From the NCBI RefSeq assembly GCF_002310835.1, contig NZ_CP011042.1, positions 360,001 to 392,000 of the forward strand: 32,000 nt of DNA. Direction: 5' to 3'. The notes under the pieces were generated by a model. That model was not told the origin of the DNA. It ran no database searches and was given only the letters and a program-made list of their open reading frames with translations. The position numbers were made by a program, and so were the translations under genes. Of the stretch, positions 1 through 8,777 are shown in pieces; within the stretch, counting starts at the first letter, position 1, and each line of letters opens with the position of its first letter. The DNA comes from Pseudoalteromonas tetraodonis. Lineage in GTDB: Bacteria > Pseudomonadota > Gammaproteobacteria > Enterobacterales > Alteromonadaceae.

Positions 1-370
1 AAACAATATTACCAGCGACTATTTCGCGTCAATTAACGCAAAAAGAACACGACGAATATCGTAGACCCTTTATAAATCCGGGGAGGATCGCCGTGCAATT
101 TTAGCAGGGCCTCGCCAACTTCCCATTGCCGGAGAGGCTGCCGATACTGTCGCTTTAGTAAAAAGCTATGCGAGTTATTTAGCCAACTCTCATGATATTC
201 CAAAGCTATTTATTAATGCAGAACCAGGTGCTTTTTTAGTTGGTTACGCAAGAGACTTTGTGCGCACATGGCCAAACCTAGCTGAGGTAACCGTGAGCGG
301 TATCCACTATCTTCAAGAAGATTCGCCGAATGAAATAGGCGAGGCTATTTCTAATTGGTTATCAAAATAA
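1..370 (+). pseudogene. Haloalkane dehalogenase-family alpha/beta hydrolase, 3' portion (5' end outside the window). The reading frame is interrupted at a GGGG run (80-83).
   Basis: Codons in phase with nt 3 read ..TILPATISRQLTQKEHDEYRRPFINPG and then hit TAG at 102-104. Codons in phase with nt 83 read EDRRAILAGPRQLPIAGEAADTVALVKSYASYLANSHDIPKLFINAEPGAFLVGYARDFVRTWPNLAEVTVSGIHYLQEDSPNEIGEAISNWLSK, with the stop at 368-370. Joined at the G run, the two pieces are colinear with the C-terminal third of HLD-type dehalogenases (YRxPF ... LPIAGE ... HYLQEDxPxxIG). The second piece has no start codon, which explains its absence from the ORF track. Confidence 0.6.
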
Positions 371-488
371 AAACGGCGTGTATAAATTAATCTGAATTGC
401 AGATATTGAATTCATCCCAAGAAGTTATTTTAAGCGTTAACTACTCTATAGGTAACGCTTTTATAAAATTAAAAGCGTTATTCTTTAA

Positions 489-3056
489 CTATTTCAGTAA
501 AAATGGTGCTGTTTTACTCGCTTTTACATTTGCCACTTTTTCAGGTTTACCTTGTGCAACTATATGCCCGCCTTCGTCGCCGGCTCCTGGGCCAATATCA
601 ATAACCCAATCACTGTTGCTGGCTACTTGCATATCGTGCTCGACCATAATAACGGTATTGCCAGCATCAACTAAGCCATTTAACTGCGTCATTAACATGG
701 CCACATCTTTAGGATGTAGACCAGTGGTTGGTTCATCTAAAACATAAAGCGTATCGCCGCGCTGAGCACGTTGTAGTTCAGTGGCCAGTTTTATACGCTG
801 GGCTTCGCCACCTGAAAGCTCAGTAGCGGGTTGCCCTAAACGTAAATAGCCAAGGCCTACCTGTAGCAGTGTATTTAGCGCGCGTTCAATAGCGGGCTCA
901 TCGTCAAAAAATGTATGCGCCGACTCAACCGTTAAATTAAGCACATCGGCAATGGTTTTATCTTTATATGTAATCTCGAGTGTTTTCTGGTTGTAGCGCT
1001 TAGCATTACACACAGGGCAGGGTGAATAGACACTAGGTAAAAATAACAGCTCTATACTAACAAAGCCTACACCTTCGCAGTTTTCGCAGCGGCCTTTTTT
1101 AACATTAAACGAAAAACGACCGGCATCGTACTTACGCGCTTTTGCTTCATTGGTATTAGCAAACAATTTTCGTACATGATCGAATAAGCCTGTGTAAGTT
1201 GCAAGGTTTGAACGAGGTGTGCGGCCAATGGCTTTTTGATCAACCGTGATAAGGCGTTTTATATGCTCAATGCCTTGCGTTATTTGTCCTTCGGTTGTTA
1301 TGTCGAGCTCTTGCTCGAGCAGCTCAGCGTTGTCTGTTGGTATTTGTGGCTGCGATTTTTGCCCAAGTGCATCGTAAACCAGTTCAACAAGCGCTTGGCT
1401 TACTAAGCTCGATTTACCTGAGCCAGATACCCCCGTAACACTTGTAATAACCCCAAGTGGAAATTCTACATCGAGTTTTTGTAAGTTATTACGCTCAATA
1501 TTTTTAAGCGATAGCCATGCTTTTGGTCGGCGTTGTTTGTGTTGTTTGTGTTGTATGTGAGCTAGGTGATTTTCTTCATTTTTAAATAAATACTGGCTAG
1601 TATGTGAGCTGCTAATTTGTTTTAAACCCTCAACAGGGCCGCTGTAAACAATATTACCGCCGTGTGTGCTAGCATTTGGCCCTACATCGACCACCCAATC
1701 GGCATGGCGAATAACGCTTACGTCGTGTTCAACCACAAAAACCGAGTTACCAGCGGCTATTAGTTCATCTAATGCGGCTAATAAGGCTTGCGTATCTGCA
1801 GGGTGTAAACCTGCCGATGGCTCATCTAACACATAAACTACACCAAATAACTTTGAGCGAATTTGCGTTGCAAGCCTTAGGCGTTGTAATTCCCCTAGCG
1901 ATAACGATGGGGTTGTGCGCTCCAGTGATAAATACCCTAAACCAAGCTTAGTTAACGCTTCAACGCGTTTAAGAATATCGCCTGCTATACGCTTTGCCAC
2001 TATAGCTTTTTCTGGATTTGCAGCGTTACTTTTAGCAGGCTTGCTAGCGGCAATACTTAATGTTTGCGCAAGTTCGCTAAGTGTTAACTGCGAAATTTCA
2101 CCAATATCAAAGCCTGCGACTTTAACCGATAACGACTTTTTTTTGAGTTTTTTACCATCACACTGTGGGCACGATGATACTTGCATATACTGCGACACGC
2201 GCTTTTTAGTACGCGGGCTTTGAGTGCTTGCAAACGATTGTAAAACAAAGCGTTTAGCACTCGAAAACGTACCCATGTAACTAGGATTTTCTTCATTTTT
2301 AATAGCAGCTTGGGTTTGCTTAAGCGTGTACTCGGGAAACACTGGCACTGTAGGGGTTTCGTCGGTAAACAAAATCCAATCTCGGGCTTTTTTAGGCAGG
2401 GTATTCCAAGGTTTATCAATATCGTAACCTAAAGAGGTAAGTATACGGCTTAGGTTTTTACCTTGCCAAGCCGGTGGCCATGCGGCAATGGCGCGATCCC
2501 TAATTGATTTAGTGGGGTCGGGCACCAGTAGCTCTTCGGTTACGTTAAATACGCGGCCAATACCATGGCACTCTGGGCATGCCCCTTGTGGCGTATTTGG
2601 CGAAAACGCATCGGCATAAAGAATGCCTTGCCCTTTGGGGTATTCGCCTGCGCGCGAATATAACATTCGCAGTGCGTTAGAAATAGTGGTTACGCTACCC
2701 ACGGATGAACGCACCGATGGCGCACCACGCTGTTGCTGGAGTGCGACCGCTGGTGGCAGGCCTTCAATTGAATCGACATCAGGCTCGTCTACCTGATCTA
2801 TTAATCTGCGCGCATAAGGCGATACCGAATCAAGGTAACGATGTTGCGACTCGGCAAATAACGTTCCAAAGGCAAGAGATGATTTACCAGAGCCAGATAT
2901 ACCGGTAAATACAACGAGTGAGTTACGGGGGAGGTTTAAATCCACATCTTTTAAGTTATGAACACGTGCGCCTCTTACTTCAATACTGTGCTCAGGGTTC
3001 AATAAAGCCGATTTCGCATTAGTAACCGCGTAAGTACTTTTAGGTGTAGCTGCCAT
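489..3056 (-). CDS. UvrA-like ABC ATPase paralog (class II type, lacking the UvrB-binding insert)
   Basis: 855-aa ORF with AAGGAG upstream of the ATG at 3056. It has two ABC halves: Walker A GISGSGKSS and GVSGSGKSS, signatures LSLGELQR and LSGGEAQR, Walker B VYVLDEPS and LYVLDEPT. Zn modules are CPECHG, CPQCDG and CENCEG..CPVC. The sequence runs from ..RMLYSRAGEYPKG almost directly into FSPNTPQGACPECHG, so the roughly 120-aa UvrB-binding domain of canonical ~940-aa UvrA is absent. Confidence 0.9.
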   Translation of the reverse strand: MAATPKSTYAVTNAKSALLNPEHSIEVRGARVHNLKDVDLNLPRNSLVVFTGISGSGKSSLAFGTLFAESQHRYLDSVSPYARRLIDQVDEPDVDSIEGLPPAVALQQQRGAPSVRSSVGSVTTISNALRMLYSRAGEYPKGQGILYADAFSPNTPQGACPECHGIGRVFNVTEELLVPDPTKSIRDRAIAAWPPAWQGKNLSRILTSLGYDIDKPWNTLPKKARDWILFTDETPTVPVFPEYTLKQTQAAIKNEENPSYMGTFSSAKRFVLQSFASTQSPRTKKRVSQYMQVSSCPQCDGKKLKKKSLSVKVAGFDIGEISQLTLSELAQTLSIAASKPAKSNAANPEKAIVAKRIAGDILKRVEALTKLGLGYLSLERTTPSLSLGELQRLRLATQIRSKLFGVVYVLDEPSAGLHPADTQALLAALDELIAAGNSVFVVEHDVSVIRHADWVVDVGPNASTHGGNIVYSGPVEGLKQISSSHTSQYLFKNEENHLAHIQHKQHKQRRPKAWLSLKNIERNNLQKLDVEFPLGVITSVTGVSGSGKSSLVSQALVELVYDALGQKSQPQIPTDNAELLEQELDITTEGQITQGIEHIKRLITVDQKAIGRTPRSNLATYTGLFDHVRKLFANTNEAKARKYDAGRFSFNVKKGRCENCEGVGFVSIELLFLPSVYSPCPVCNAKRYNQKTLEITYKDKTIADVLNLTVESAHTFFDDEPAIERALNTLLQVGLGYLRLGQPATELSGGEAQRIKLATELQRAQRGDTLYVLDEPTTGLHPKDVAMLMTQLNGLVDAGNTVIMVEHDMQVASNSDWVIDIGPGAGDEGGHIVAQGKPEKVANVKASKTAPFLLK

Positions 3057-3395
3057 GTAACTTACTCCTTTTTGATAACCTTATATTTATTAAAGTTCAA
3101 GGGTGTGAATACTACCGTGGTAAAGCTGAATAAGCGCTTAGTATATGTTACAAAGCGAATATGCAACCATGTCGCTATTTTTCTATATTGAGAAACTTAA
3201 TGAATCAACGCTAATGAACCACGGCCAAGAAGTGCCTAATTCTGTAATATGAGCCCCATGCAATATGAATCAATAAATTAAAACCCCGTGTCTCCTGTAT
3301 CGGGTCAGATCATTTGTCTTTAATCTTTGCTCTTTTCATTTACCCTCTGGGATGAACCTATCACGACTTTATTTTTAACTTATTGCGAGCTTTAA

Positions 3396-4013
3396 ATGAT
3401 TGATGTAGCTGCACTTGCGGTATTTATTCCTACCTTCTTTTTTGTATCAATTACACCCGGTATGTGTATGACACTGGCCATGACTTTAGGCATGAGTATT
3501 GGCGTGCGACGAACTTTATGGATGATGATAGGTGAACTACTCGGTGTAGCAACAGTTGCGGTAGCCGCGGTGCTTGGTGTAGCCAGTGTTATGCTTAATT
3601 ACCCCAGTGCATTTGATATTTTAAAATGGCTAGGTGGCGCTTATTTAATTTACATTGGCATTAATATGTGGCGTGCAAAAGGAAAAATGTCGGTTGATAC
3701 GCATAACACAACAGCCGTGAGCCGATATTCATTATTTTCACAGGGGTTTGTAACCGGCATTGCCAATCCAAAGGGATGGGCGTTTATGATTTCCTTATTA
3801 CCTCCTTTTATTAACGTGCAATACAGTGTTGCGCCGCAATTAGCGGTGCTGGTGGCCATTATTTTGCTCTCAGAGTTTATCTGTATGATGATTTACGCAA
3901 CAGGTGGTAAAAGCCTGCGGTTATTTTTAACTAAAGGCAATAACATCAAGTGGATGAACCGAATTGCGGGGAGTTTAATGGTGCTAGTAGGAGTTTGGCT
4001 TGCAATTAGTTAA
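3396..4013 (+). CDS. LysE/RhtB-family amino-acid exporter
   Basis: 205 aa with about six hydrophobic spans. It has the LysE-type N-terminus (..FFFVSITPGMCM..), a family-typical length and a central loop. Confidence 0.8.
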   Translation: MIDVAALAVFIPTFFFVSITPGMCMTLAMTLGMSIGVRRTLWMMIGELLGVATVAVAAVLGVASVMLNYPSAFDILKWLGGAYLIYIGINMWRAKGKMSVDTHNTTAVSRYSLFSQGFVTGIANPKGWAFMISLLPPFINVQYSVAPQLAVLVAIILLSEFICMMIYATGGKSLRLFLTKGNNIKWMNRIAGSLMVLVGVWLAIS

Positions 4014-4088
4014 CTATAAACAAGCCTTAACCTGAACTTAGGTTATTTAAATAGCTGAAAATGATGCGTTAAGTGCCTTCACTGCAGC

Positions 4089-4931
4089 TTATGTTTTTGC
4101 TGCTAACGTGTCGCGTGCAGGCGTTAGAGCAAATACATCGTAATGGGGAAGTTGCCAATCAGTGCATATTTCTAAAAGTTCTCCTGTAGCTAAGAAATTG
4201 CGTACTTCAGGCTCAGGCAAAATAGCATAGCCTAACTCGTCGAGAACAAATTGAATCACAGTTTGCATATTATTAATGGTAATACGCGCTTTTGGTAGTG
4301 TTGTACTTACGCCGCGAGTAAGGTGTGTAAGCGTCGGATCAACAGCTATATGCGCAATGCGGTTATGCGCTTTTAGGTCATCCAGTGTGATTTTTGGTTG
4401 CTGTGCTAGTGCATGATTTTTATGAACACACAGTATTAATGGCCAACTAGCGAGCTGGCGTGCAATTAAGTTTGAGTCTTCGAGAGGGCCAATCGCCAGC
4501 ACTAAATCTATACCTGTTCTGATCATATCAATCGGCTCGTCAGAAAGCGTTAAGTGCACATCTATATCACTAAATTGGCTAATTAAATGCTTTACAGGCT
4601 CGCTTAATAACCCACCACCAAAACCAACAGGGGCGGCTAGTTTTAATTGCCCACTCGGACAATTTTGTAAATGCTGTAATTGTTCTGATGTAGCTGTTGC
4701 AACGGCAAGCATTTGTAAACAACTTTGATAATACAGTTCACCCGCCTCGGTAAGCGTTAATTCTCGAGGGCTGCGATTAAATAAACTCAAACCTACATCT
4801 AGCTCTATTTGTTTTATTTGCTGGCTAATTGCAGAGGTTGTCATTAAAAGGTCTGCGGCAGCTTTACTCATACTTCCCGTTTGTACTGTGCGAACAAATA
4901 TATTCAGGGTTTTAGTCAACTTATCACTCAT
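4089..4931 (-). CDS. LysR-family transcriptional regulator
   Basis: 280 aa. It has an N-terminal wHTH (FVRTVQTGSMSKAAADLLMTTSAISQQIKQIELDVGLSLFNRSPRELTLTEAG) followed by a substrate-binding domain. It is divergent from the TonB-dependent receptor gene. Confidence 0.9.
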   Translation of the reverse strand: MSDKLTKTLNIFVRTVQTGSMSKAAADLLMTTSAISQQIKQIELDVGLSLFNRSPRELTLTEAGELYYQSCLQMLAVATATSEQLQHLQNCPSGQLKLAAPVGFGGGLLSEPVKHLISQFSDIDVHLTLSDEPIDMIRTGIDLVLAIGPLEDSNLIARQLASWPLILCVHKNHALAQQPKITLDDLKAHNRIAHIAVDPTLTHLTRGVSTTLPKARITINNMQTVIQFVLDELGYAILPEPEVRNFLATGELLEICTDWQLPHYDVFALTPARDTLAAKT

Positions 4932-5008
4932 ACCGTTAAGCCTTACTTAAATTAGCTTTAATAAAAATAGCGTTGAGAAGAAGGGAACTTCTCACTATTA
5001 TCGCAAAC

Positions 5009-5027
5009 GCTAATTATTATCATTTAC
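5009..5027. promoter_or_regulatory. Candidate Fur box upstream of the TonB-dependent receptor
   Basis: GCTAATTATTATCATTTAC matches the 19-bp Fur consensus GATAATGATAATCATTATC at 14/19 by hand alignment. It lies 26 nt upstream of the preferred start at 5053. Confidence 0.45.
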
Positions 5028-5052
5028 ATGCTAAATGTCACGGAGAAATATC

Positions 5053-7038
5053 ATGAACACGGTAAGTTGTAAGTTAAGGCCGGTAACTGCATTTATTTTA
5101 AGTACTTTTGCAATTGCTAACCCTGCTTTTGCTGATGAAAAAAAACAAGATATGGAAGTAATGGTTGTCACTGCTTCTGGTTACGTACAAATGCTCAAAG
5201 AGGCACCTGCAAGTATTAGTGTTATCGACAGAGCGCAGCTAGAAAAACGCTTTTATCGTGACTTAACTGACGCAATGGCTGATATTCCGGGTGTAATAGT
5301 GACTGGCGGAGGTGACAGAAAAGATATTAGCTTGCGTGGTATGGCAAGCCAATACACGCTTATTTTAATTGATGGACAACGCCAAAGTTCAAGAGAAACA
5401 CGACCAAATAGTGATGGCCCGGGCGTAGAAGGTGCTTGGACGCCGCCAATTTCAGCGATTGAACGTATTGAAGTAATACGTGGCCCTATGTCGTCGCTAT
5501 ATGGCTCTGATGCTATTGGTGGTGTGATCAATATTATTACCCGTAAAGCGCCAGAGCAGTGGTATGGAGAACTGCGTTTAGACAGCACCATTCAAGAGCA
5601 AAGCCAGTCAGGTGATATAAACCAAGCCAGCTTTTTCACTTCTGGTGGCATTATTCCAGATCTATTGGGCGTGCAATTATACGGTCAATTTTCAAAGCGA
5701 AATGAAGATGATTTTACTGCAGGATTTCGAGGCAAAGAACAAAGTAACGTAAAAGCTAAGTTCACATTAACACCTAATGATAGTCACGAATTAATGTTTG
5801 AACTTGGCTCGGCAAAACAAACATTAGATGAAACCCTCGGCAAAACAGTTGCCGAGCTTGCGCCAGGAGAAAGCTGTGGTCGACGTGGCTGTCCTGAATC
5901 AGCAACTACTGAGTATGAGCAACAAACATACTCTATGTCACACAATGGTTTTTATGACTTTGGATCGTCGCGTAGTTACATTAAATACGATAAGTTTGAT
6001 AATAACTCACGTGAAATGTTTGTCGAAAATACCGACATTCAAACAACTTGGAGTTTACCGCTATTTAGTGATCATAACTCTACGTTTGGTGCGACCTATT
6101 TAAAAGAGTCATTGGATGATTATACAAGTAATAAAATTAGCGACTTAACCCATGTAGAAAACGAGCAATGGTCAGTTTTTGGTGAAAACGAGTGGGCAGC
6201 AACGGATGACTTTAAGCTTACCGCAGGCCTACGTTACGATCATGATGGCAACTTTGCCGGTCATTGGAGTCCACGTTTATACGGTGTTTATAGCGCATCT
6301 AAAGCGATCACCATCAAAGGCGGCATATCAACGGGTTTCCGTGCGCCAAATATTCGCCAATCTACTGCACAGTGGGGACAAGTGAGTCGTGGCGGTAATA
6401 TTTATGGTAACCCTGACTTAAAGCCTGAGCAATCAGTCAACTATGAAATGGGTGTTTACTATGATTCTGGACGCGATTTAAGCATATCGACAACCGTTTT
6501 TTATAATGAATTTGATGACAAAATAACCCGTATAGCATGCCCATTAACGCAGTGCACAGATGGTCCAAATCAGTTCGGCTCCATGCCAACTACGTACATT
6601 AATGTGGATGAAGCCATAACCCAAGGTGTTGAGCTATCAGTAGATTACGATATTTCAACTGAGATTGATGTGAGTGCCAGTTATACCTACACCGACTCAG
6701 AGCAAAAAACTGGTCAATATAAGGGGAGCCCACTTAATCAGCTACCAAAACACAGTTTACAAACGTCTTTAAATTGGCGTCCAACAGATAAGTTAGGCGG
6801 ATGGTTACGTGTGCAATATCGTGGAGAAGAAAGCCAGCCTACCACAGGGCCTTCACAAAGTAGTTTAATTGCTCCTGATTATACCATTGCCAATTTAGGC
6901 GCTAATTATCAGCTAAGTGACAGCGTTAAACTTGGTGCTGGAATTTACAACTTGCTTGATAAAGAGATCACAGAGCAAGAGTATGGCTATGTTGAAGATG
7001 GCCGTCGCTATTGGGCGTCTTTAGTGTGGCAGTTCTAA
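5053..7038 (+). CDS. TonB-dependent outer-membrane receptor (siderophore/CirA-like size class)
   Basis: The ORF track starts at 5035. I prefer the ATG at 5053 (GGAG 7 nt upstream), which gives the signal peptide MNTVSCKLRPVTAFILSTFAIANPAFA. There is a TonB-box-like MEVMVVTA, plug motifs (IERIEVIRGPMSSLYGSDAIGGVINIITR) and a C-terminal barrel ending ..YWASLVWQF. Confidence 0.9.
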   Translation: MNTVSCKLRPVTAFILSTFAIANPAFADEKKQDMEVMVVTASGYVQMLKEAPASISVIDRAQLEKRFYRDLTDAMADIPGVIVTGGGDRKDISLRGMASQYTLILIDGQRQSSRETRPNSDGPGVEGAWTPPISAIERIEVIRGPMSSLYGSDAIGGVINIITRKAPEQWYGELRLDSTIQEQSQSGDINQASFFTSGGIIPDLLGVQLYGQFSKRNEDDFTAGFRGKEQSNVKAKFTLTPNDSHELMFELGSAKQTLDETLGKTVAELAPGESCGRRGCPESATTEYEQQTYSMSHNGFYDFGSSRSYIKYDKFDNNSREMFVENTDIQTTWSLPLFSDHNSTFGATYLKESLDDYTSNKISDLTHVENEQWSVFGENEWAATDDFKLTAGLRYDHDGNFAGHWSPRLYGVYSASKAITIKGGISTGFRAPNIRQSTAQWGQVSRGGNIYGNPDLKPEQSVNYEMGVYYDSGRDLSISTTVFYNEFDDKITRIACPLTQCTDGPNQFGSMPTTYINVDEAITQGVELSVDYDISTEIDVSASYTYTDSEQKTGQYKGSPLNQLPKHSLQTSLNWRPTDKLGGWLRVQYRGEESQPTTGPSQSSLIAPDYTIANLGANYQLSDSVKLGAGIYNLLDKEITEQEYGYVEDGRRYWASLVWQF

Positions 7039-7062
7039 ACACTTTTTAATAATATAAAGTAA

Positions 7063-7092
7063 ACGAGTACGCTAAACCGTGCTCGTTTTTTT
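7063..7092 (+). terminator. Rho-independent terminator of the receptor gene
   Basis: ACGAGTAC / GTGCTCGT stem (7 of 8 complementary, 1 mismatch), 8-nt loop, then a T7 run. Confidence 0.7.
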
Positions 7093-7113
7093 GGTTTTAT
7101 TTAGGTTCTTGTT

Positions 7114-7184
7114 CAATAATGTTTAAAAAGCAAAAAAGGCGGTTGGCTTTTTAGCTGTAGTCGCTTATTCTAGCTGCGTATTTA
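7114..7184 (+). repeat. Element Y: a degenerate copy of the attC-like repeat found at 12785-12870
   Basis: Hand alignment to element X gives about 54 matches over 71 nt with gaps. Shared blocks are ATAA, GTT(T/A)AAAAAG, CAAAAAA, GTTGGCTTTT, GTCGCT, ATT..TAGC and GT(A/T)TTTA. Confidence 0.5.
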
Positions 7185-7307
7185 GTCATTAAATGTAACT
7201 TTAAAGTTTACTAATAATTTATAACTTTCTTCAATCCCCAAAGGTATGCCTCGTTTGAACCACATAGCAAAACAAAAAGCCAACCCTGTATTTTTAGTAG
7301 GTGTCGT

Positions 7308-8162
7308 TTGAAAATACCTAAACGCTTACAGCCATTAGTTGATGATGGTTTTATTGATGAAGTGATCAGCCGTTTAATGAGCGGTAAAGAGGCCGATGTA
7401 TTTGTGGTGGCCTGTGGCGATGACATTCGCTGCGCTAAAGTATACAAAGATGCCAGTAAGCGCAGTTTTAAAAAAGCTGCACAGTACCAAGAAGGACGAA
7501 AAGTACGTGGTGGCCGCCAAGCCCGTGCTATGGGTAAACGTTCAAGTTACGGCCGTCAATTAGAAGAAGAAATTTGGCAAAATGCCGAGGTTGACGCACT
7601 CTCGCGTTTATCCTCAGCAGGTGTTCGGGTACCGCAAACTTACGGCTGCATTGACGGTGTATTGTTAATGGAACTTGTAAGTGATGACGAAGGCGATGTT
7701 GCACCACAACTTGGCGCGGTTGATTTAACTGAGCAACAAGCCATTGAGCAACATATATTAATGATGCACTACATTAAACTAATGCTATGCGCTGGGATTA
7801 TTCACGGTGACTTATCGGAGTTTAACGTACTTGTAGATAGTAACGGCCCAGTAATTATTGATTTACCCCAAGCGGTTAATGCCTCTGCTAATAATAGCGC
7901 CGAAGCTATGTTTGCCCGTGATGTAAATAATATGCGCCGCTATTATGGCCAATTTGCACCGGCGTTATTACACACGCAATACGCCAAAGAAATGTGGGCA
8001 CTGTTTGAAGATGCTAACTTAACTCCGCACTCAGTGCTAAGTGGCGAATTTGAAGACGATGGCGAAGCTGCGGATGTTGATTCAGTACTTGACGAAATTC
8101 AAGCCGCCTTTGATGAAGAGCAAGAACGTAAAGAACGCATTCGCGACGCTGATGAGCAATAA
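7308..8162 (+). CDS. RIO1-like atypical serine protein kinase (PA4780-type bacterial RIO)
   Basis: 284 aa with a TTG start at 7308 and AGGTG 4 nt upstream. RIO motifs are SGKEADVF (ATP-binding loop), IHGDLSEFNVLV (catalytic loop) and IIDLPQAV (metal-binding Asp). The C-terminal tail is acidic. Confidence 0.85.
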   Translation: MKIPKRLQPLVDDGFIDEVISRLMSGKEADVFVVACGDDIRCAKVYKDASKRSFKKAAQYQEGRKVRGGRQARAMGKRSSYGRQLEEEIWQNAEVDALSRLSSAGVRVPQTYGCIDGVLLMELVSDDEGDVAPQLGAVDLTEQQAIEQHILMMHYIKLMLCAGIIHGDLSEFNVLVDSNGPVIIDLPQAVNASANNSAEAMFARDVNNMRRYYGQFAPALLHTQYAKEMWALFEDANLTPHSVLSGEFEDDGEAADVDSVLDEIQAAFDEEQERKERIRDADEQ

Positions 8163-8342
8163 CCCTTAATTTACGTGCTGAGTTTTATATAGTTTTAACT
8201 ATTAGATCAAAACTTAGCATGTAGGTATGAGCCATAAGGGATGAGTTTAGCTCGTCACTGCAAAATCTAAGTTAGTTCTGTCATTACTATCAACGGGAAC
8301 CGACAGGTGTGCATTTAACTAAAAGCAGCTTGATACTATCCA

Positions 8343-8777
8343 TTAATTAAATGCCATTGAGCCTGCAAACACATATTCATTATCAATGTAATAGCTGATA
8401 AATTCTTCCTCATTAAAATCACATTTATAAAAAAAAGACGTTGTGACAATCTTTTTATTATTTATGGTTATTTCGAATTCAGCCTGTGATGCTTTATTAA
8501 ATAAAACACTACACTTAGTATTTAAGCCTAACGAATAAACCTTACCATCAATTTCGATACTGTTGTTGCCTAAAGTAATTTCATTGGGAGTTGTTAATAA
8601 ATGCAAAAAGTAATAGAGCCCTGTCAAATAGAAAAAAGGAGAAACAAACAAAGCAGCCTTTATCTTTACAGACTCAGAGTCATGTAAATAATAGGTAGAG
8701 ATCATGGATATTATTGAGAACAAAACAACCATAACAAAATTTGGAGAGAGCCAGTTTTTGGTAAATTTAAATATCAT
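8343..8777 (-). CDS. Hypothetical membrane protein (island gene, minus strand)
   Basis: The track ORF 8343-8825 starts at a TTG. The first ATG (MIFKFTKNW..) is at 8777. It has two predicted TM helices followed by a roughly 80-aa soluble domain. It is low in GC and I recognise no motif. Confidence 0.5.
   Translation of the reverse strand: MIFKFTKNWLSPNFVMVVLFSIISMISTYYLHDSESVKIKAALFVSPFFYLTGLYYFLHLLTTPNEITLGNNSIEIDGKVYSLGLNTKCSVLFNKASQAEFEITINNKKIVTTSFFYKCDFNEEEFISYYIDNEYVFAGSMAFN

Noticed and set aside
80-83. The GGGG run as a phase-variation switch for the dehalogenase
   Set aside because: Four residues is far below the tract length of known slippage-based contingency loci. A pseudogene or a sequencing error is more parsimonious.
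397-2908. Track ORFs 397-747, 1915-2223, 2084-2419 and 2705-2908, all inside the UvrA-paralog gene
   Set aside because: They lie on the opposite strand or in shifted frames of an 855-aa gene with unmistakable motifs. Their sequences are low-complexity and they lack an RBS, which is typical of shadow ORFs.
3295-3308. A possible LexA/SOS box (CTGTATCGGGTCAG) upstream of the UvrA paralog
   Set aside because: Its spacing is CTG-N8-CAG, whereas the gammaproteobacterial consensus is CTG-N10-CAG. No other candidate lies in the spacer.
7211-7447. A 78-aa minus-strand ORF overlapping the RIO kinase start
   Set aside because: It overlaps a well-supported gene and its promoter, and has no motif.
7308-8162. 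The RIO kinase gene as part of the cassette array (it lies between repeat element Y and the island)
   Set aside because: Its G+C content matches the core genes. The boxes flanking it are not complementary: Y ends in GTA rather than GTT, and TTTTAAC at 8200-8206 has no matching start sequence.
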